DNA of 64,000 bases from Oscillospiraceae bacterium (lineage in GTDB: Bacteria > Bacillota_I > Bacilli_A > RFN20 > CAG-288), in assembly GCA_963654365.1 (NCBI GenBank), contig CAVJZP010000002.1, forward strand, positions 639 through 64,638, written 5' to 3'. Positions 19,105-29,755 of this stretch are shown here, in pieces. The stretch's first letter is position 1; the number at the start of each line of letters is the position of its first letter. The position numbers and the translations under genes are program-made. Below the pieces are notes generated by a model. It was not told the origin of the DNA. It worked only from the letters and a program-made list of their open reading frames with translations, and made no database searches.

Positions 19105-20913
19105 ATGCAAAGACAAAAAGCGTTATCCCTACTTCTATTCTCCCTTTTCCTCACAGGCTGTAACGGAAAGGAATCCATTTCCTCCGCTTCTGAGGAAAAT
19201 CACAATACTGCCCCAACTGAGACCGCTAAGCTTACTAACGACATGCTCGAGAAGGCCGGAAACGAAAACGCGACCTTCCTAGAGCACATCAAATTCAGCA
19301 ATGCCTCCGGCGAACACGAATACGATCTGATGACCGAATTCTCTTCTGGCTGCTATCTCGGTTCCATCATCGATAACCAGGATGATAGGAATATCCTCAA
19401 TAAGGTCACCTACTATAGCAAAGAAGGAAAAGTCGCCTACACTTCCCATCCGGACAAATACAACAAGGTCAAAGAGTACACTTCCAGTCTGAAGTGGAAC
19501 CAGAGCGTCTATGTCAACACGCTCTCCAGTCTTACAAAAGACCTCTTCAACTATGTAAGCAAAGATGAGTTCGGCTCCTCTACCTATTCCATGACCAGCG
19601 TTGCTATCTCTAGCAGTACCACGAAAGCCATCGTGGACCGCCTCTATAATTCCTGTACTAGCTATATCCATAAAGGAAGTGATTCCAAATATGGTGGTGA
19701 CAATCTTGTCAAGATGGAACTCTATGTCAATAAGAGCGGAATCACGGGCTTTGCTCTGAAATATTCCAAACTTGAAAACAGTGTAAGATCCTATACGGAA
19801 CTGAGCGTCGACTTAGTCGATTTAGGAACGACTTCGCTTAGCAAAGAGGATGTCTGCCCTCTTCCTTATAGCTATGAGAGCAAATACACAAAACAGTACA
19901 CCGCCTTAAAAAGCGCACTTACTGAGATGCAAAGCGGAAACTATGAGTTCACTGTCGAAGTCAGAAGAGAGAAGACGCTCTTCCAGCGCTCGAAAGGATT
20001 CCTCTTTGACGAAGGATATTCGGGATACGATGAACTCATCTCTTCCTCTGGTTCTTCTTTCAGCTATTACGGAATCCATAAGAGAAATGACGGAAAGTAT
20101 GAAAGATACACTGGTTCTTCTCTTTCTGGCTTAAAGGGATGCGAATATCAGACCGCTCCGCATCAGGGACTGATGAACTTCGATTTCAGCCATGAGATCT
20201 TCGAATACGACAGCGAGAATTCCTCTTCCGACAGAAGTGTATTCCACCTCTATTCCGACTTCAAGAACTACAACTCCATCAGCGATATCACCGAGGATAT
20301 GACCTATGATGAATACGCCGAATACGCAAACAGCCTCACTTTGGAAGTTGAGGAAGGACATCTGACATCCTTCTCCTTTTCGTTCTCGGACAACCTCGGA
20401 AATACGTATTCCTTTATCGAGGATATCTCTGATCACGGAGAATGCAGAGCAGTCCCAAGCGACTTAGCCGACTTTACGACCTACACCGAATACGTCTCGC
20501 CGACCTCTTTCAAGGAAGTCACTGTCGCCATCTATAACCTCTCTACTGGAAGCATCTCTTCCTATTCCGATGCGGAATCCCTGATCAAATCCAGTCTTTA
20601 TGATTCCAGCGCCTTGTCTCTTCTTCCTTTCCCGCTCGTGGATGATGCCGCGTATTACTTTAGTTCCGCCGCCTTTATCCCGACCTCCATCATACCGGCT
20701 GCGATGTACTTCTTCTTCGATGAGGGAACCGATGACATCGCTTCCGCCTATAAGAAGATCAAGGCAAGCATCAATTCCGCTGGCTATCAGTTAGCCGATG
20801 TCGATGAGAAAAGCTGTTCTCAGACAATCAACAGCAAATACGAGATCACGCTTGATTACTCTTCTGGTGTGATCGCATTGACCTATTCCAGTCCGGTCTC
20901 TTACGAAAACTAA
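19105..20913 (+). CDS. Ser/Tyr/Thr-rich lipoprotein of unknown function (602 aa)
   Basis: Signal peptide with lipobox LFLTGC. RBS AAGGAGA; starts 14 nt after the ABC gene stop. Confidence 0.7.
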   Translation: MQRQKALSLLLFSLFLTGCNGKESISSASEENHNTAPTETAKLTNDMLEKAGNENATFLEHIKFSNASGEHEYDLMTEFSSGCYLGSIIDNQDDRNILNKVTYYSKEGKVAYTSHPDKYNKVKEYTSSLKWNQSVYVNTLSSLTKDLFNYVSKDEFGSSTYSMTSVAISSSTTKAIVDRLYNSCTSYIHKGSDSKYGGDNLVKMELYVNKSGITGFALKYSKLENSVRSYTELSVDLVDLGTTSLSKEDVCPLPYSYESKYTKQYTALKSALTEMQSGNYEFTVEVRREKTLFQRSKGFLFDEGYSGYDELISSSGSSFSYYGIHKRNDGKYERYTGSSLSGLKGCEYQTAPHQGLMNFDFSHEIFEYDSENSSSDRSVFHLYSDFKNYNSISDITEDMTYDEYAEYANSLTLEVEEGHLTSFSFSFSDNLGNTYSFIEDISDHGECRAVPSDLADFTTYTEYVSPTSFKEVTVAIYNLSTGSISSYSDAESLIKSSLYDSSALSLLPFPLVDDAAYYFSSAAFIPTSIIPAAMYFFFDEGTDDIASAYKKIKASINSAGYQLADVDEKSCSQTINSKYEITLDYSSGVIALTYSSPVSYEN

Positions 20914-20916
20914 CAC

Positions 20917-20953
20917 GAAAAAAGTCACCTGATTCAAACAAGGTGACTTTTTC
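20917..20953. terminator. bidirectional intrinsic terminator between convergent genes
   Basis: AAAAAGTCACC-tgattcaaacaa-GGTGACTTTTT. Confidence 0.75.
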
Positions 20954-20957
20954 AGTT

Positions 20958-22532
20958 TCAGAATGTGTAATTGACTGTTGTCGGAAGTGAGGATGCAATC
21001 TCACTGGAATCCGTTGTGACAGTGAGAGAGGTGAATTTCGCTGTCATGTTTTCACAGGAAAGTGAGAATCCGCTCACAGCACCTAAATCTTTCGAATACC
21101 ATTCATCCAGGAACTTGACATAAGCCTTTGTCCCAGATAAGATGGCAGTGAATTCATAGTCGGTATTCACTGTGACATTCTTCACTCCTTTTTCGACATT
21201 GAAGACGATGGCTCTCTCATTCCAGAGGAGGAACTGGAAGGAATCGCTTGTCTCCCATAATCCCGCAGAGGGTCCAAAGAAGAATTCGATGAAATGGTTT
21301 CCAGTAACAGCAGGATACTGTACTTTTCCTTTCACCATCAAGTCCCCTTTATACATATTCTTATGGTCTGTTGTAAAGAAGAGACGGTTAGCGACATCCT
21401 GTTGACCGCTTTTTGTCGCATCGATGGTAAGGAAAGTATCTTCCTCTCCTCTTGTGACATAATTGTCGTTTGCGCTGTTCAGCGCGATGAATTTCTTCGA
21501 AGCGGAAGTATCCTCTTTTCCAGGAAGAAGCGTCATCTTCAGTCCTGCCTTAGTAAGAAGGTCATCATAAAGAGAATAATTTTCGAGTTTTGGATGCAGG
21601 CCATCGCGAAGCATCGAGGAATTGGCCCCAGTCTTTGCCTCATTCATGAAGAGAGAAGGAGAATCGAGATAGATGACATAATCATTCTTTTCTGCGTATT
21701 CCTTCGTGAGCGCATTGCAGGTCAGTTCCTTTTCCAGGTTGGCGGAGAAGGAAATAGAGGGCTCGATTCCGAAGATATAGATCTTCGTAGATGGAAGTTC
21801 TTCGTGGATCTTCTCGAAGATGCTCACCAAGAGAGAGTGCGTGTTTTCTCCTGACATCGATGCATCATTGATATCATTCGTTCCTAAATGGAAGACGATA
21901 TTATCCGGTTCAAAAGGAATCAATAGTTTATCGACATAGTAGTACCAGTCATCCGCCTGAGTAGCAGAGATTCCCATCGTATAGGTATTGTAATTTCCAT
22001 AATAGCTAGAATAGAAGTTCGACCAGAACTGGGTATCGAAGAAGGAATCTCCGGCAAAGAGGGTTCTTCCTCCTTCCGGATAATCCGCCTTGAGATAGTT
22101 GTTGAACCGTGAAGTGACGGTGCTAGAGAACCTCTCGTCGCTGATGACATGGGCATAGAAGGAGGTCGTCTTGAAGTGTTCGCTTGTGACAGTCACTTTG
22201 TAGTTTCCCGCCTCAAGACCGTACATCACACCGTCCTCATCGATGCGAAGTCCAGACTCATCACTGGATTCATAATGAAGGACTTCACTCTTAGCGACTT
22301 CCTCATTGGTAAAACGGGGAGTAATCTTCCTTGAGTAACCGACTCTCACTTGCTGCATTCCAAAAGACAGTTTTCCATAATCGGTGGATGTCGTAGAAGA
22401 TGTGCTCTCCGATTCTTTTGTCTCTGTGTTAAGAGAACTATCGCTTGGTTTCTCAGTAGAAGTGATCGTCGTACCTTCACAGCCTGATAATAAGAGAAGT
22501 GATAACATAGCCATTACGATTTTTCTTTTCAT
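20958..22532 (-). CDS. lipoprotein with a Big_2-like domain plus an SGNH/GDSL hydrolase (carbohydrate esterase) domain
   Basis: Lipobox LLLSGC. SGNH blocks FAGDSF, HLGTNDI and DGLHP. Confidence 0.6.
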   Translation of the reverse strand: MKRKIVMAMLSLLLLSGCEGTTITSTEKPSDSSLNTETKESESTSSTTSTDYGKLSFGMQQVRVGYSRKITPRFTNEEVAKSEVLHYESSDESGLRIDEDGVMYGLEAGNYKVTVTSEHFKTTSFYAHVISDERFSSTVTSRFNNYLKADYPEGGRTLFAGDSFFDTQFWSNFYSSYYGNYNTYTMGISATQADDWYYYVDKLLIPFEPDNIVFHLGTNDINDASMSGENTHSLLVSIFEKIHEELPSTKIYIFGIEPSISFSANLEKELTCNALTKEYAEKNDYVIYLDSPSLFMNEAKTGANSSMLRDGLHPKLENYSLYDDLLTKAGLKMTLLPGKEDTSASKKFIALNSANDNYVTRGEEDTFLTIDATKSGQQDVANRLFFTTDHKNMYKGDLMVKGKVQYPAVTGNHFIEFFFGPSAGLWETSDSFQFLLWNERAIVFNVEKGVKNVTVNTDYEFTAILSGTKAYVKFLDEWYSKDLGAVSGFSLSCENMTAKFTSLTVTTDSSEIASSLPTTVNYTF

Positions 22533-22540
22533 TTTTGCTC

Positions 22541-23734
22541 CTAATCCTCCACAAGCTCACAATGCTTGATATCCGACACATAGATCTTATCCAGATCATC
22601 GATATGCAGTTTGGCAAAATAGCAGGTCCTTGTTTCCGCGCAGTTTTCTCTTCCATGGAAGAAGTAATACTTCTGTCCCTCTTTCTCAATGACGCATCCG
22701 TGTCCTGTCGAATAGAGAGGGAAATCCGGGATTTGATGAATGATAGGATTCTTCGTATATTTCTTATAGTGTTCTAATGGTTTGTCCGCATAGGAGACAC
22801 CGACTCCATAGTAGGCATTTTCGAAATTGTTGCTCGAATAGAAGAGGAGATATTTGTTTTTTCCGCCGAAGTCAGAACGCACCGTCATGCTACCTTCCGA
22901 CCAGCGTCTGTTATGCTTCATATGGTTGGAATTCTCATAATCGTTGACATGACCGTTTTCCCATTGTTGGGGTTCTTGATGATAGGAGATGATCTGAACG
23001 TACTTGTCCTTTCTCTTTCCGTTTTCATCCGTATAGATATATTCTTTCGTGGGCTTTGGCTGAGTCTTCGCCTCTTTGTCGTACCAGAAGGAAGGATCGA
23101 GTTCGACTCCTAAAATATTGCTTTCCTCGACATATTTATGAAGCGAAGGATCGAAAAGACAGTTTCCATAGCAGCAGCGGGAGTAATAGAGATACATCCT
23201 GCCATCTGTGTCGATGAAGAAATCCGCATCGATTGTGGGAATATACACTCCTTTTGGAAGAGTTGTGATATCGATCTCACTCGATTCCTTCGAGAAGGGA
23301 TCTTTTGCGACAGCATCGATATTGCGATAACCCGCATCATAAGGAAAATAGTCCATCGGATGATCTTCGATATTGACAAATGGACCTTTTGGAGATGTGG
23401 AGACAGCCACACCGATTTTACAGCATTCAACAAAATTGTCCGTATCAAAATACTTCCTTACCAGTTCATCCTTCACTAAAGAAGAATAGAACATATAGTA
23501 GTGCTTATTGTTCTTATTGTAATAGACTTCCGGAGCCCAGAACCAACCCTTTCCCCAGTCGTTTCTGCTCCGATCCAATCCATATCCGACTTCTTTCCAC
23601 TGAAGGAGGTCATCGCTTTGATAGATGATAAAGGGCTTGTCATCGCTGTTTCCGGTGCAATAGCAGAAATAATGGCCGGAGACAGGATCTTGCATGACGT
23701 AGGGGTCAGCCCCGATTACGCTTTTCAATGACAT
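22541..23734 (-). CDS. glycoside hydrolase family 43 (cytoplasmic, no signal peptide)
   Basis: GADPYVMQD, WAPEVYY, KHYYMFYSS: five-bladed beta-propeller GH43 signatures. Confidence 0.6.
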   Translation of the reverse strand: MSLKSVIGADPYVMQDPVSGHYFCYCTGNSDDKPFIIYQSDDLLQWKEVGYGLDRSRNDWGKGWFWAPEVYYNKNNKHYYMFYSSLVKDELVRKYFDTDNFVECCKIGVAVSTSPKGPFVNIEDHPMDYFPYDAGYRNIDAVAKDPFSKESSEIDITTLPKGVYIPTIDADFFIDTDGRMYLYYSRCCYGNCLFDPSLHKYVEESNILGVELDPSFWYDKEAKTQPKPTKEYIYTDENGKRKDKYVQIISYHQEPQQWENGHVNDYENSNHMKHNRRWSEGSMTVRSDFGGKNKYLLFYSSNNFENAYYGVGVSYADKPLEHYKKYTKNPIIHQIPDFPLYSTGHGCVIEKEGQKYYFFHGRENCAETRTCYFAKLHIDDLDKIYVSDIKHCELVED

Positions 23735-23747
23735 GTTCTAATCCTCT

Positions 23748-25580
23748 TCAGATCAGTTCAGAATAAGAAAGATAAGAAGAATCTTTCTTCTCTAAATCTG
23801 TTCCTGTCAGATTGTTGAAATACGTCACTTCTTCTGTCTTCTTGCTCGTATCATCGGCTTTGGAAATATCCGAATAGCTTGCCAGAATCTTCAACGAGGA
23901 TGGATCATCGATTCCGAGTTCCTCATAAGGAAGATAGAGTTCCATCGTCATGCCAGTGCAGCCTTTTCCTCCGTTAGGAACATTGACTTCCCCGGTTGTG
24001 ATGACTTTGCTCTTGCAGCCAGTCACGACCCTCTTATAGTAAAGGTTGTTGGAAGGGATGTAGCTAGTCGATCCGGTATCATAAAGTCTTAATAGATTGT
24101 CAGAACTTAAGAAGGCGGAGTAACGAGAGGAAGCATCGCTGGTCGTGAAAAAGATTCTCAGGTCATCGTTGTTACCCATCTGACCCATGTCTCCGTTCTC
24201 CCAGGATTCTCCATCCGTATAGAGTTCCGTGTCTTTGATCTCGGCTCTGACATAAAGTCCATTCTCTGTCGAATAGAATCCGACATACGCCTTATCATTG
24301 ATCTTATTGAGTTTTCCCGTCCAATCTGATGTGTTTCCATCGATGAAAGGATCACTGTTGATGACGACATTCATCTCGGAAGTGACTTTGCCCCAGTTAG
24401 TCTCAGCGACGACCTTGACCTTCTTCTCACCTAAGGATTTGTCATCCACGCCGTCAGGATAAGTGACTTTGATCATTCCAGTAGTTCCGTTGGAGAAATT
24501 GGCGCTGAGATATTCCGGAAGACTTCCTTTTCCATTCAAAGGAAGGTAATAGGTCTCATCGAGATTGAACGAAGTGACTTTTCTGTTATCGTTTAAGGCG
24601 ATAATCTCTTCTGCCATTCTCTGACCTAGGATGATATTGCTCTCAGCGGAGAAGTGCCAAGGCTCAAAGGAGTTGGTGTATAAATCCGATGTAGAGACAA
24701 AAGAGCAATGGCTATCGCCAGAAGAGACACTCTTCTGAATCTCTCTTAGCTTATTGGAATAGCGGGCCGCATTGGTGCCGGCTTCCGAGATGACGAAAGG
24801 AAGATCTTCGATTTCATAATAGTCTCTGAAATCCTTCATGAAATCCTTTAGTGCCGTCCCATAGATTGTCATATTGTCTTCGAATTTAGCATCCTGTTCA
24901 CCATGGCAGAAAACAACGCCGTCGATGACAGGCTCATATCCTTCGGCTTGGATTGTAGCAATGGAATTGTCAACAAGCTGATAGAGGTTATTCGTCAAAG
25001 GTCCTGTCGCATTGCCGTTCTTATCCTCTCTGATCTGAGATAGATTCAGCTTGGAGGACAATTCATCATCGTCAACAAGGGACTTCGAATACCAGTGGTC
25101 CGTAAAAGTAGAACCGCAGGCGGTATATTTGACAATGACGGACTTTCTCGTTTCACCATCCTTGGGATAACGTGTCGCCATGACTTTGCCCATGCCGATC
25201 TCCGGTCCAAATTCGCTGGCCGAATCACCCAATCCTGGCTTTACCGGGATCAAGTCGCTCGCTGTGACAGTCTCTGGAATCTTAGATAGCTGTGGCATCG
25301 TAAGTCCATCGGCCAAGATATCGACATCATAGTTTTCTTCCTTATCCTCATCGGACAAATCGGCAACATGCGCTTTTCCGCGGGCACCACTCTGTCCAGT
25401 CAGTACGATGATATGGATCTTATCATCTTCTACCGGATCTGGTTTCGTTGACTCTGTTGTCGTATCCGTGGGCTTGGAAGTCCCGGAATCAACCGGCTTT
25501 TCCGTGTCGGATGTCTTGCCGCAGGCAATCAATGTCAGAGAGAGAAGAGAAAAGAGAATCGGCTTGATTTTCGTATTCAT
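23748..25580 (-). CDS. lipoprotein, SASA/DUF303-like carbohydrate esterase with C-terminal extra domains
   Basis: Lipobox LTLIAC. IIVLTGQSGARG (GQSNM-like) and HGEQDA blocks. Confidence 0.4.
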   Translation of the reverse strand: MNTKIKPILFSLLSLTLIACGKTSDTEKPVDSGTSKPTDTTTESTKPDPVEDDKIHIIVLTGQSGARGKAHVADLSDEDKEENYDVDILADGLTMPQLSKIPETVTASDLIPVKPGLGDSASEFGPEIGMGKVMATRYPKDGETRKSVIVKYTACGSTFTDHWYSKSLVDDDELSSKLNLSQIREDKNGNATGPLTNNLYQLVDNSIATIQAEGYEPVIDGVVFCHGEQDAKFEDNMTIYGTALKDFMKDFRDYYEIEDLPFVISEAGTNAARYSNKLREIQKSVSSGDSHCSFVSTSDLYTNSFEPWHFSAESNIILGQRMAEEIIALNDNRKVTSFNLDETYYLPLNGKGSLPEYLSANFSNGTTGMIKVTYPDGVDDKSLGEKKVKVVAETNWGKVTSEMNVVINSDPFIDGNTSDWTGKLNKINDKAYVGFYSTENGLYVRAEIKDTELYTDGESWENGDMGQMGNNDDLRIFFTTSDASSRYSAFLSSDNLLRLYDTGSTSYIPSNNLYYKRVVTGCKSKVITTGEVNVPNGGKGCTGMTMELYLPYEELGIDDPSSLKILASYSDISKADDTSKKTEEVTYFNNLTGTDLEKKDSSYLSYSELI

Positions 25581-25694
25581 GGATGTTACCTCCTATTTTC
25601 TACACCGCATAAAGATTATTTCGTCTTTTGTTAAGAATATTGTAATTTTTGGAAGATTAAGAATGCTATCAATAAAAATAATGATGAAAATATT

Positions 25695-27962
25695 CTAGAA
25701 GAGATCCGCTTTCTCCACTTTCAGAGAACAAAGGATTCCTTTTGCCTTGTAGGCAAGAAATCCTGGCTGTCCGAGGAAGTTCCCTTTGCTTACCGTATAC
25801 GAGAAGATTTCATCACCATCCAAATAGGCAACAAGACTATTCCCAATCATCTTCAAGGAGAGAGTAATCCCCTTATTTGGAACAAACGGATAGGAATAGC
25901 TCATCAGGTCTCTTGTATAATTGAAATCGACTTTTCTTAGGACGACGGAATCACAAGTCAAAGCAAGTTCGAATCCTCTAAAGGAATATGGATTATCTTT
26001 TCCGTCTCCGTCTTCGATGAAATTGTTGCAGAAATCACTGACGTGATAGAGAAGAGACAATGATCCATTCTTTTCTATTGACTCCGGAATAATAGAGATG
26101 CTTGTTTTATCGTAATGATATTCTTTCTCATAAAGGATACCCGATGAGACACTATCAGAAGTCATAAGACCATTTTGCGTTTTTATCATCTCATTGCGCA
26201 AGAAGAAATCGGTTTTATTGATTTCCTCCTTGAAATCAATTTCAGTAGGCTTTTCGTCTACGACTTTTTCAAAGTCAATCTCAGCAATGCTGATATCGTC
26301 TTCACCAATGAGGGAAAGAGTCTGGAATCCTTTTCTAAGAGACACCGTGGCTAAGAGAACACGGTCTTCCTCTGCTCCTGATTCCTCCTCTAAGTAAATC
26401 GGATAGAGAAGTTTTCCGACCTGTAATGAGAACTGCCTGAATAAATATCCTTTTCTAAGAGTGGCAGATATCTGATATTCCCCGTCATCCGGAACATAGA
26501 TACGATAGGTTGCTCTCTTCCCATTGGATAGATGGATATAAGGTGACATCTTAGAGATGCCTTTTCTCAATCTTGGGTCAAAGGAATTCGCTAAGAGGAT
26601 ATGATCTTTATAGTATTCCTCTTCCGAAGAGCCTAAGGCGAATCGGGATAAGGATGTCGATAGGATGCGTTCAAAGCGATTATCCGTCAAATATCCCACC
26701 TTTCCCGGTTCAAAACTAGCCGGATACATGGCAAGTTTTTCCATATGGTCAAAATAGAGAGCGACATAGCCCTCTCGATACTGAAGAAGAAAACTATGAA
26801 CGACATCCAGGCGGTATTTCTTCTTCAAAGGTATCACTTTGAGCACTTCCTCATCGAAGAGTTTCTTTCCTAAGATGATCTTGTCTCCTTTAAAATCCAG
26901 ATAACCATAATGGTTCGTATCCAGATAAGAGAAGACCATTCTGCCTTCTCCGACATTGTTGAACTCCACAGAGAAGGTATCGTTAGAGAAGGCATCCAAA
27001 AGATAAGCGCCTTTCTCCTCGACAAGATGATCCGAATCCATGACCGTCTTTGCTTTTTCGATGTAAGGAATCTCATTCGGTCTTGCACCATTGACAGCAA
27101 GCCTGTCAGAATAGAAGGAGAGACGGGAGATATTATAGAATCTTCTTTTATCGTCCATCAGATTATGATACACAAGGAAATAGGAATCCAAATCCGGCCC
27201 TAACACGGTGCAGGAATGGCCTAACCCGTAGAAATCTTTCTTAGTAGAAACAAGAATGGTATCCTGTCTTGTATAGAATAATGGGGAGAAGAGATCACAT
27301 CCTACTTTGCTTGTCGCATAATCGACTCGATAATCCGTAGAGAGGAAATGAGCACCGCAATAAGTAAGATAATATCTTCCGTACCTTCTTAGCATATACG
27401 GTCCTTCATTCCATCTTCCTAAGTGGCAGGGAGAGAGAAAAGTCTCCTTTTTTCCAATCTCCTTGAAGTCATCCGATACAGAATAGACCTTCAACGCATC
27501 ATCAAAGGCCGCATAGAGATAGATATTCTCATCTCCATCGAGGAAAAAGGACCCATCGATCTTTCTGTCGATATTCTTGCTGATACAGCGGAAAGGTCCT
27601 ATCGGAGAGGATGAGGAGAAGATATAGTGTCCGTTTCCGCTCGGGCTAGCGACCATATAGAAAGTCCCGTCATAATAAGTGACTTCCGGAGCAAAGGGTG
27701 TCTCAGACTCCGGATGATTCTCATCTTTGTCGTAGTCATAGATGACACCTTTCTCCAAGACATGGTTATCAACTTCCTCATAGTGAAGAAGGTCACTAGA
27801 GCAATAGGCATAGAGTTTTCTTCCGCCTTTCGTAAAGTAGAGATAATATTTGCCGTCAAAGCGCAAGACAAAAGGATCCGGGCACTCTTGATTCTGCCCC
27901 ATTATCTTTTTGTTATTGTACAGTTCTGGTACTTTCAGACATCCTTTTTCATTCTCTGCCAT
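25695..27962 (-). CDS. GH43-like glycoside hydrolase with a C-terminal lectin/laminin-G-like extension (cytoplasmic); paralog of 46950..49427
   Basis: CPDPFVLRFDGKYYLYF and LGHSCTVLGPDLDSYFLVYHN blocks, shared with the paralog. No signal peptide. Confidence 0.5.
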   Translation of the reverse strand: MAENEKGCLKVPELYNNKKIMGQNQECPDPFVLRFDGKYYLYFTKGGRKLYAYCSSDLLHYEEVDNHVLEKGVIYDYDKDENHPESETPFAPEVTYYDGTFYMVASPSGNGHYIFSSSSPIGPFRCISKNIDRKIDGSFFLDGDENIYLYAAFDDALKVYSVSDDFKEIGKKETFLSPCHLGRWNEGPYMLRRYGRYYLTYCGAHFLSTDYRVDYATSKVGCDLFSPLFYTRQDTILVSTKKDFYGLGHSCTVLGPDLDSYFLVYHNLMDDKRRFYNISRLSFYSDRLAVNGARPNEIPYIEKAKTVMDSDHLVEEKGAYLLDAFSNDTFSVEFNNVGEGRMVFSYLDTNHYGYLDFKGDKIILGKKLFDEEVLKVIPLKKKYRLDVVHSFLLQYREGYVALYFDHMEKLAMYPASFEPGKVGYLTDNRFERILSTSLSRFALGSSEEEYYKDHILLANSFDPRLRKGISKMSPYIHLSNGKRATYRIYVPDDGEYQISATLRKGYLFRQFSLQVGKLLYPIYLEEESGAEEDRVLLATVSLRKGFQTLSLIGEDDISIAEIDFEKVVDEKPTEIDFKEEINKTDFFLRNEMIKTQNGLMTSDSVSSGILYEKEYHYDKTSISIIPESIEKNGSLSLLYHVSDFCNNFIEDGDGKDNPYSFRGFELALTCDSVVLRKVDFNYTRDLMSYSYPFVPNKGITLSLKMIGNSLVAYLDGDEIFSYTVSKGNFLGQPGFLAYKAKGILCSLKVEKADLF

Positions 27963-27979
27963 ATCGTTACCTCAAGTCT

Positions 27980-29755
27980 TTATTCGTGTCCGTATACTTC
28001 GATTTCGTTGATTTGTCTTTCACCATCCGTATCAAATCCAATGACGACTTTACTCGCTTTGATCTCGTCAAACTGATAGGTGAAGGAAGAGCAGGGTCGA
28101 ATGAAGAGCGTCTCTTCATTGACATATTCGCTTTCGCGGAAACTGCGGTCTAAGATGACATTTCCGTTGCCGAAAGAGATAAAGGAGATATCGCTGAGGT
28201 AGTTGTTGTAATTGGCGGAATTATAGATAGCTAAGCCGGCGATCGAATACTCTTCTCCAAAGTCGATCTCAATATAGGATTTTCCTTCTCCCAATTTGAC
28301 TTCCTTATCGGCTTCCTGAGAGAGATTATAGTGCTCGACGATAAAGTTGTCATTGACATATTCTTCATCTATCACATTCTCCGCGATCACTTTCTTTCCG
28401 GATGCAATATTCTTATATCCGCTGATTGCTTCCGGAAGCGGCTGAATGGAATAGGTCGGTCCTTTAGCATACGGAGCACCCGTAACAGGATCAAAATAGA
28501 GATAATCAAATCCAAAGGCTCTTCCGCTAGAAGAATCCGCTCTGTTCTTATGGGCGTGATAGCCGATCATGTACTGGTCACCGACTTTGAAGAAGCAGTG
28601 ATGCGCCGTACCTGACATAAAGCCTTCCCACTGAGAATAGACCTTCGAGGAAGACATGCCACCGGCATATCCTAAAACGACATTGGTCCACTGATGGTCA
28701 GAATCCATTTTATCTGTCAGTTTCCACATTCTCGTCTCATCATATGGCTTGGAATAATCTCCTAAGGGAGTATCGCTCACTGCATAGCAGACCGAATAGT
28801 AACGGTCCGGATAATGATTGACAGAGTAGGTGAGATAGTATTTTCCGTTGACAGGAGACTTGATCATATAAGGGCCTTCGGCAACGCGGAATCCTTGATA
28901 CGCTTCCCAGCTGAGACTTGTCAAGGAAGGATAAGCAGCACTTGGAGATCCAGGGACAACCAATGTGATCGAGGTCGACATATCCAAAGTCACGGGGTCG
29001 AGCATCTTCGCACCCTTGATGTACTGCATGACACCGCTTTGATAAACAGACCAGAACATATAGCTCTCGCCGTCATCATCGGTAAAGACGGTCTGATCGA
29101 GAACGTCCAGTCCGACCTCATCATCGATGCACTTGAAGATAGCCTCTTTCGTGCCATCGAGATCATTGCCGTTAGCATCCTTTCCGACATAGTCGACAAA
29201 AGGACCAGAAGGGCTATCAGATGTGAGAACCGTAATGCTTCTTCTTCCTCCATCCTTTGCAGAATCGGAATAATAGAGATAATAGGTTCCATCGATATAA
29301 CGGATTTCAGGAGCAAACATCGCTCCTCCACTTGCCCAATGACCCTTCGGCTTCGGATAAATATCAAGATGGACATTGAAGGTATTGAAGTCACTCGTAT
29401 CATAACAATCAAAACCCTGGGAACCGGTTCTGTCGGTGGTTCCATAGACATAATATTTTCCGTCCTGGCCTTCAATGACATCAGGGTCAGGAAGATTGAC
29501 CGCACTTAAATCATTTCGATACCACATCGTCTTATCGAAAGAAGCCTTGCTTGCAGTATCTAAGGCATGATCGATATAGGAGAAGTCGCTTTCATCCGGC
29601 TTGACCTTATCGCTTTCTGCAATAGTGGCTTTTTCCGTCGTTTCCGTATCCGTGGCTTCCGTATTGGCATTCGTATCCGTATTCGGCTTCATACCGCATC
29701 CGACAAGGAGAAGAGGAAGAACGAAAAGCAGACATTTCCGTTTTAGGTTTTTCAT
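27980..29755 (-). CDS. lipoprotein GH43 glycoside hydrolase with a C-terminal discoidin/CBM-like domain
   Basis: Lipobox LLLVGC. DPDVIEGQDGKYYVYGT and FAPEIRYIDGTYYLYYS. Confidence 0.6.
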   Translation of the reverse strand: MKNLKRKCLLFVLPLLLVGCGMKPNTDTNANTEATDTETTEKATIAESDKVKPDESDFSYIDHALDTASKASFDKTMWYRNDLSAVNLPDPDVIEGQDGKYYVYGTTDRTGSQGFDCYDTSDFNTFNVHLDIYPKPKGHWASGGAMFAPEIRYIDGTYYLYYSDSAKDGGRRSITVLTSDSPSGPFVDYVGKDANGNDLDGTKEAIFKCIDDEVGLDVLDQTVFTDDDGESYMFWSVYQSGVMQYIKGAKMLDPVTLDMSTSITLVVPGSPSAAYPSLTSLSWEAYQGFRVAEGPYMIKSPVNGKYYLTYSVNHYPDRYYSVCYAVSDTPLGDYSKPYDETRMWKLTDKMDSDHQWTNVVLGYAGGMSSSKVYSQWEGFMSGTAHHCFFKVGDQYMIGYHAHKNRADSSSGRAFGFDYLYFDPVTGAPYAKGPTYSIQPLPEAISGYKNIASGKKVIAENVIDEEYVNDNFIVEHYNLSQEADKEVKLGEGKSYIEIDFGEEYSIAGLAIYNSANYNNYLSDISFISFGNGNVILDRSFRESEYVNEETLFIRPCSSFTYQFDEIKASKVVIGFDTDGERQINEIEVYGHE

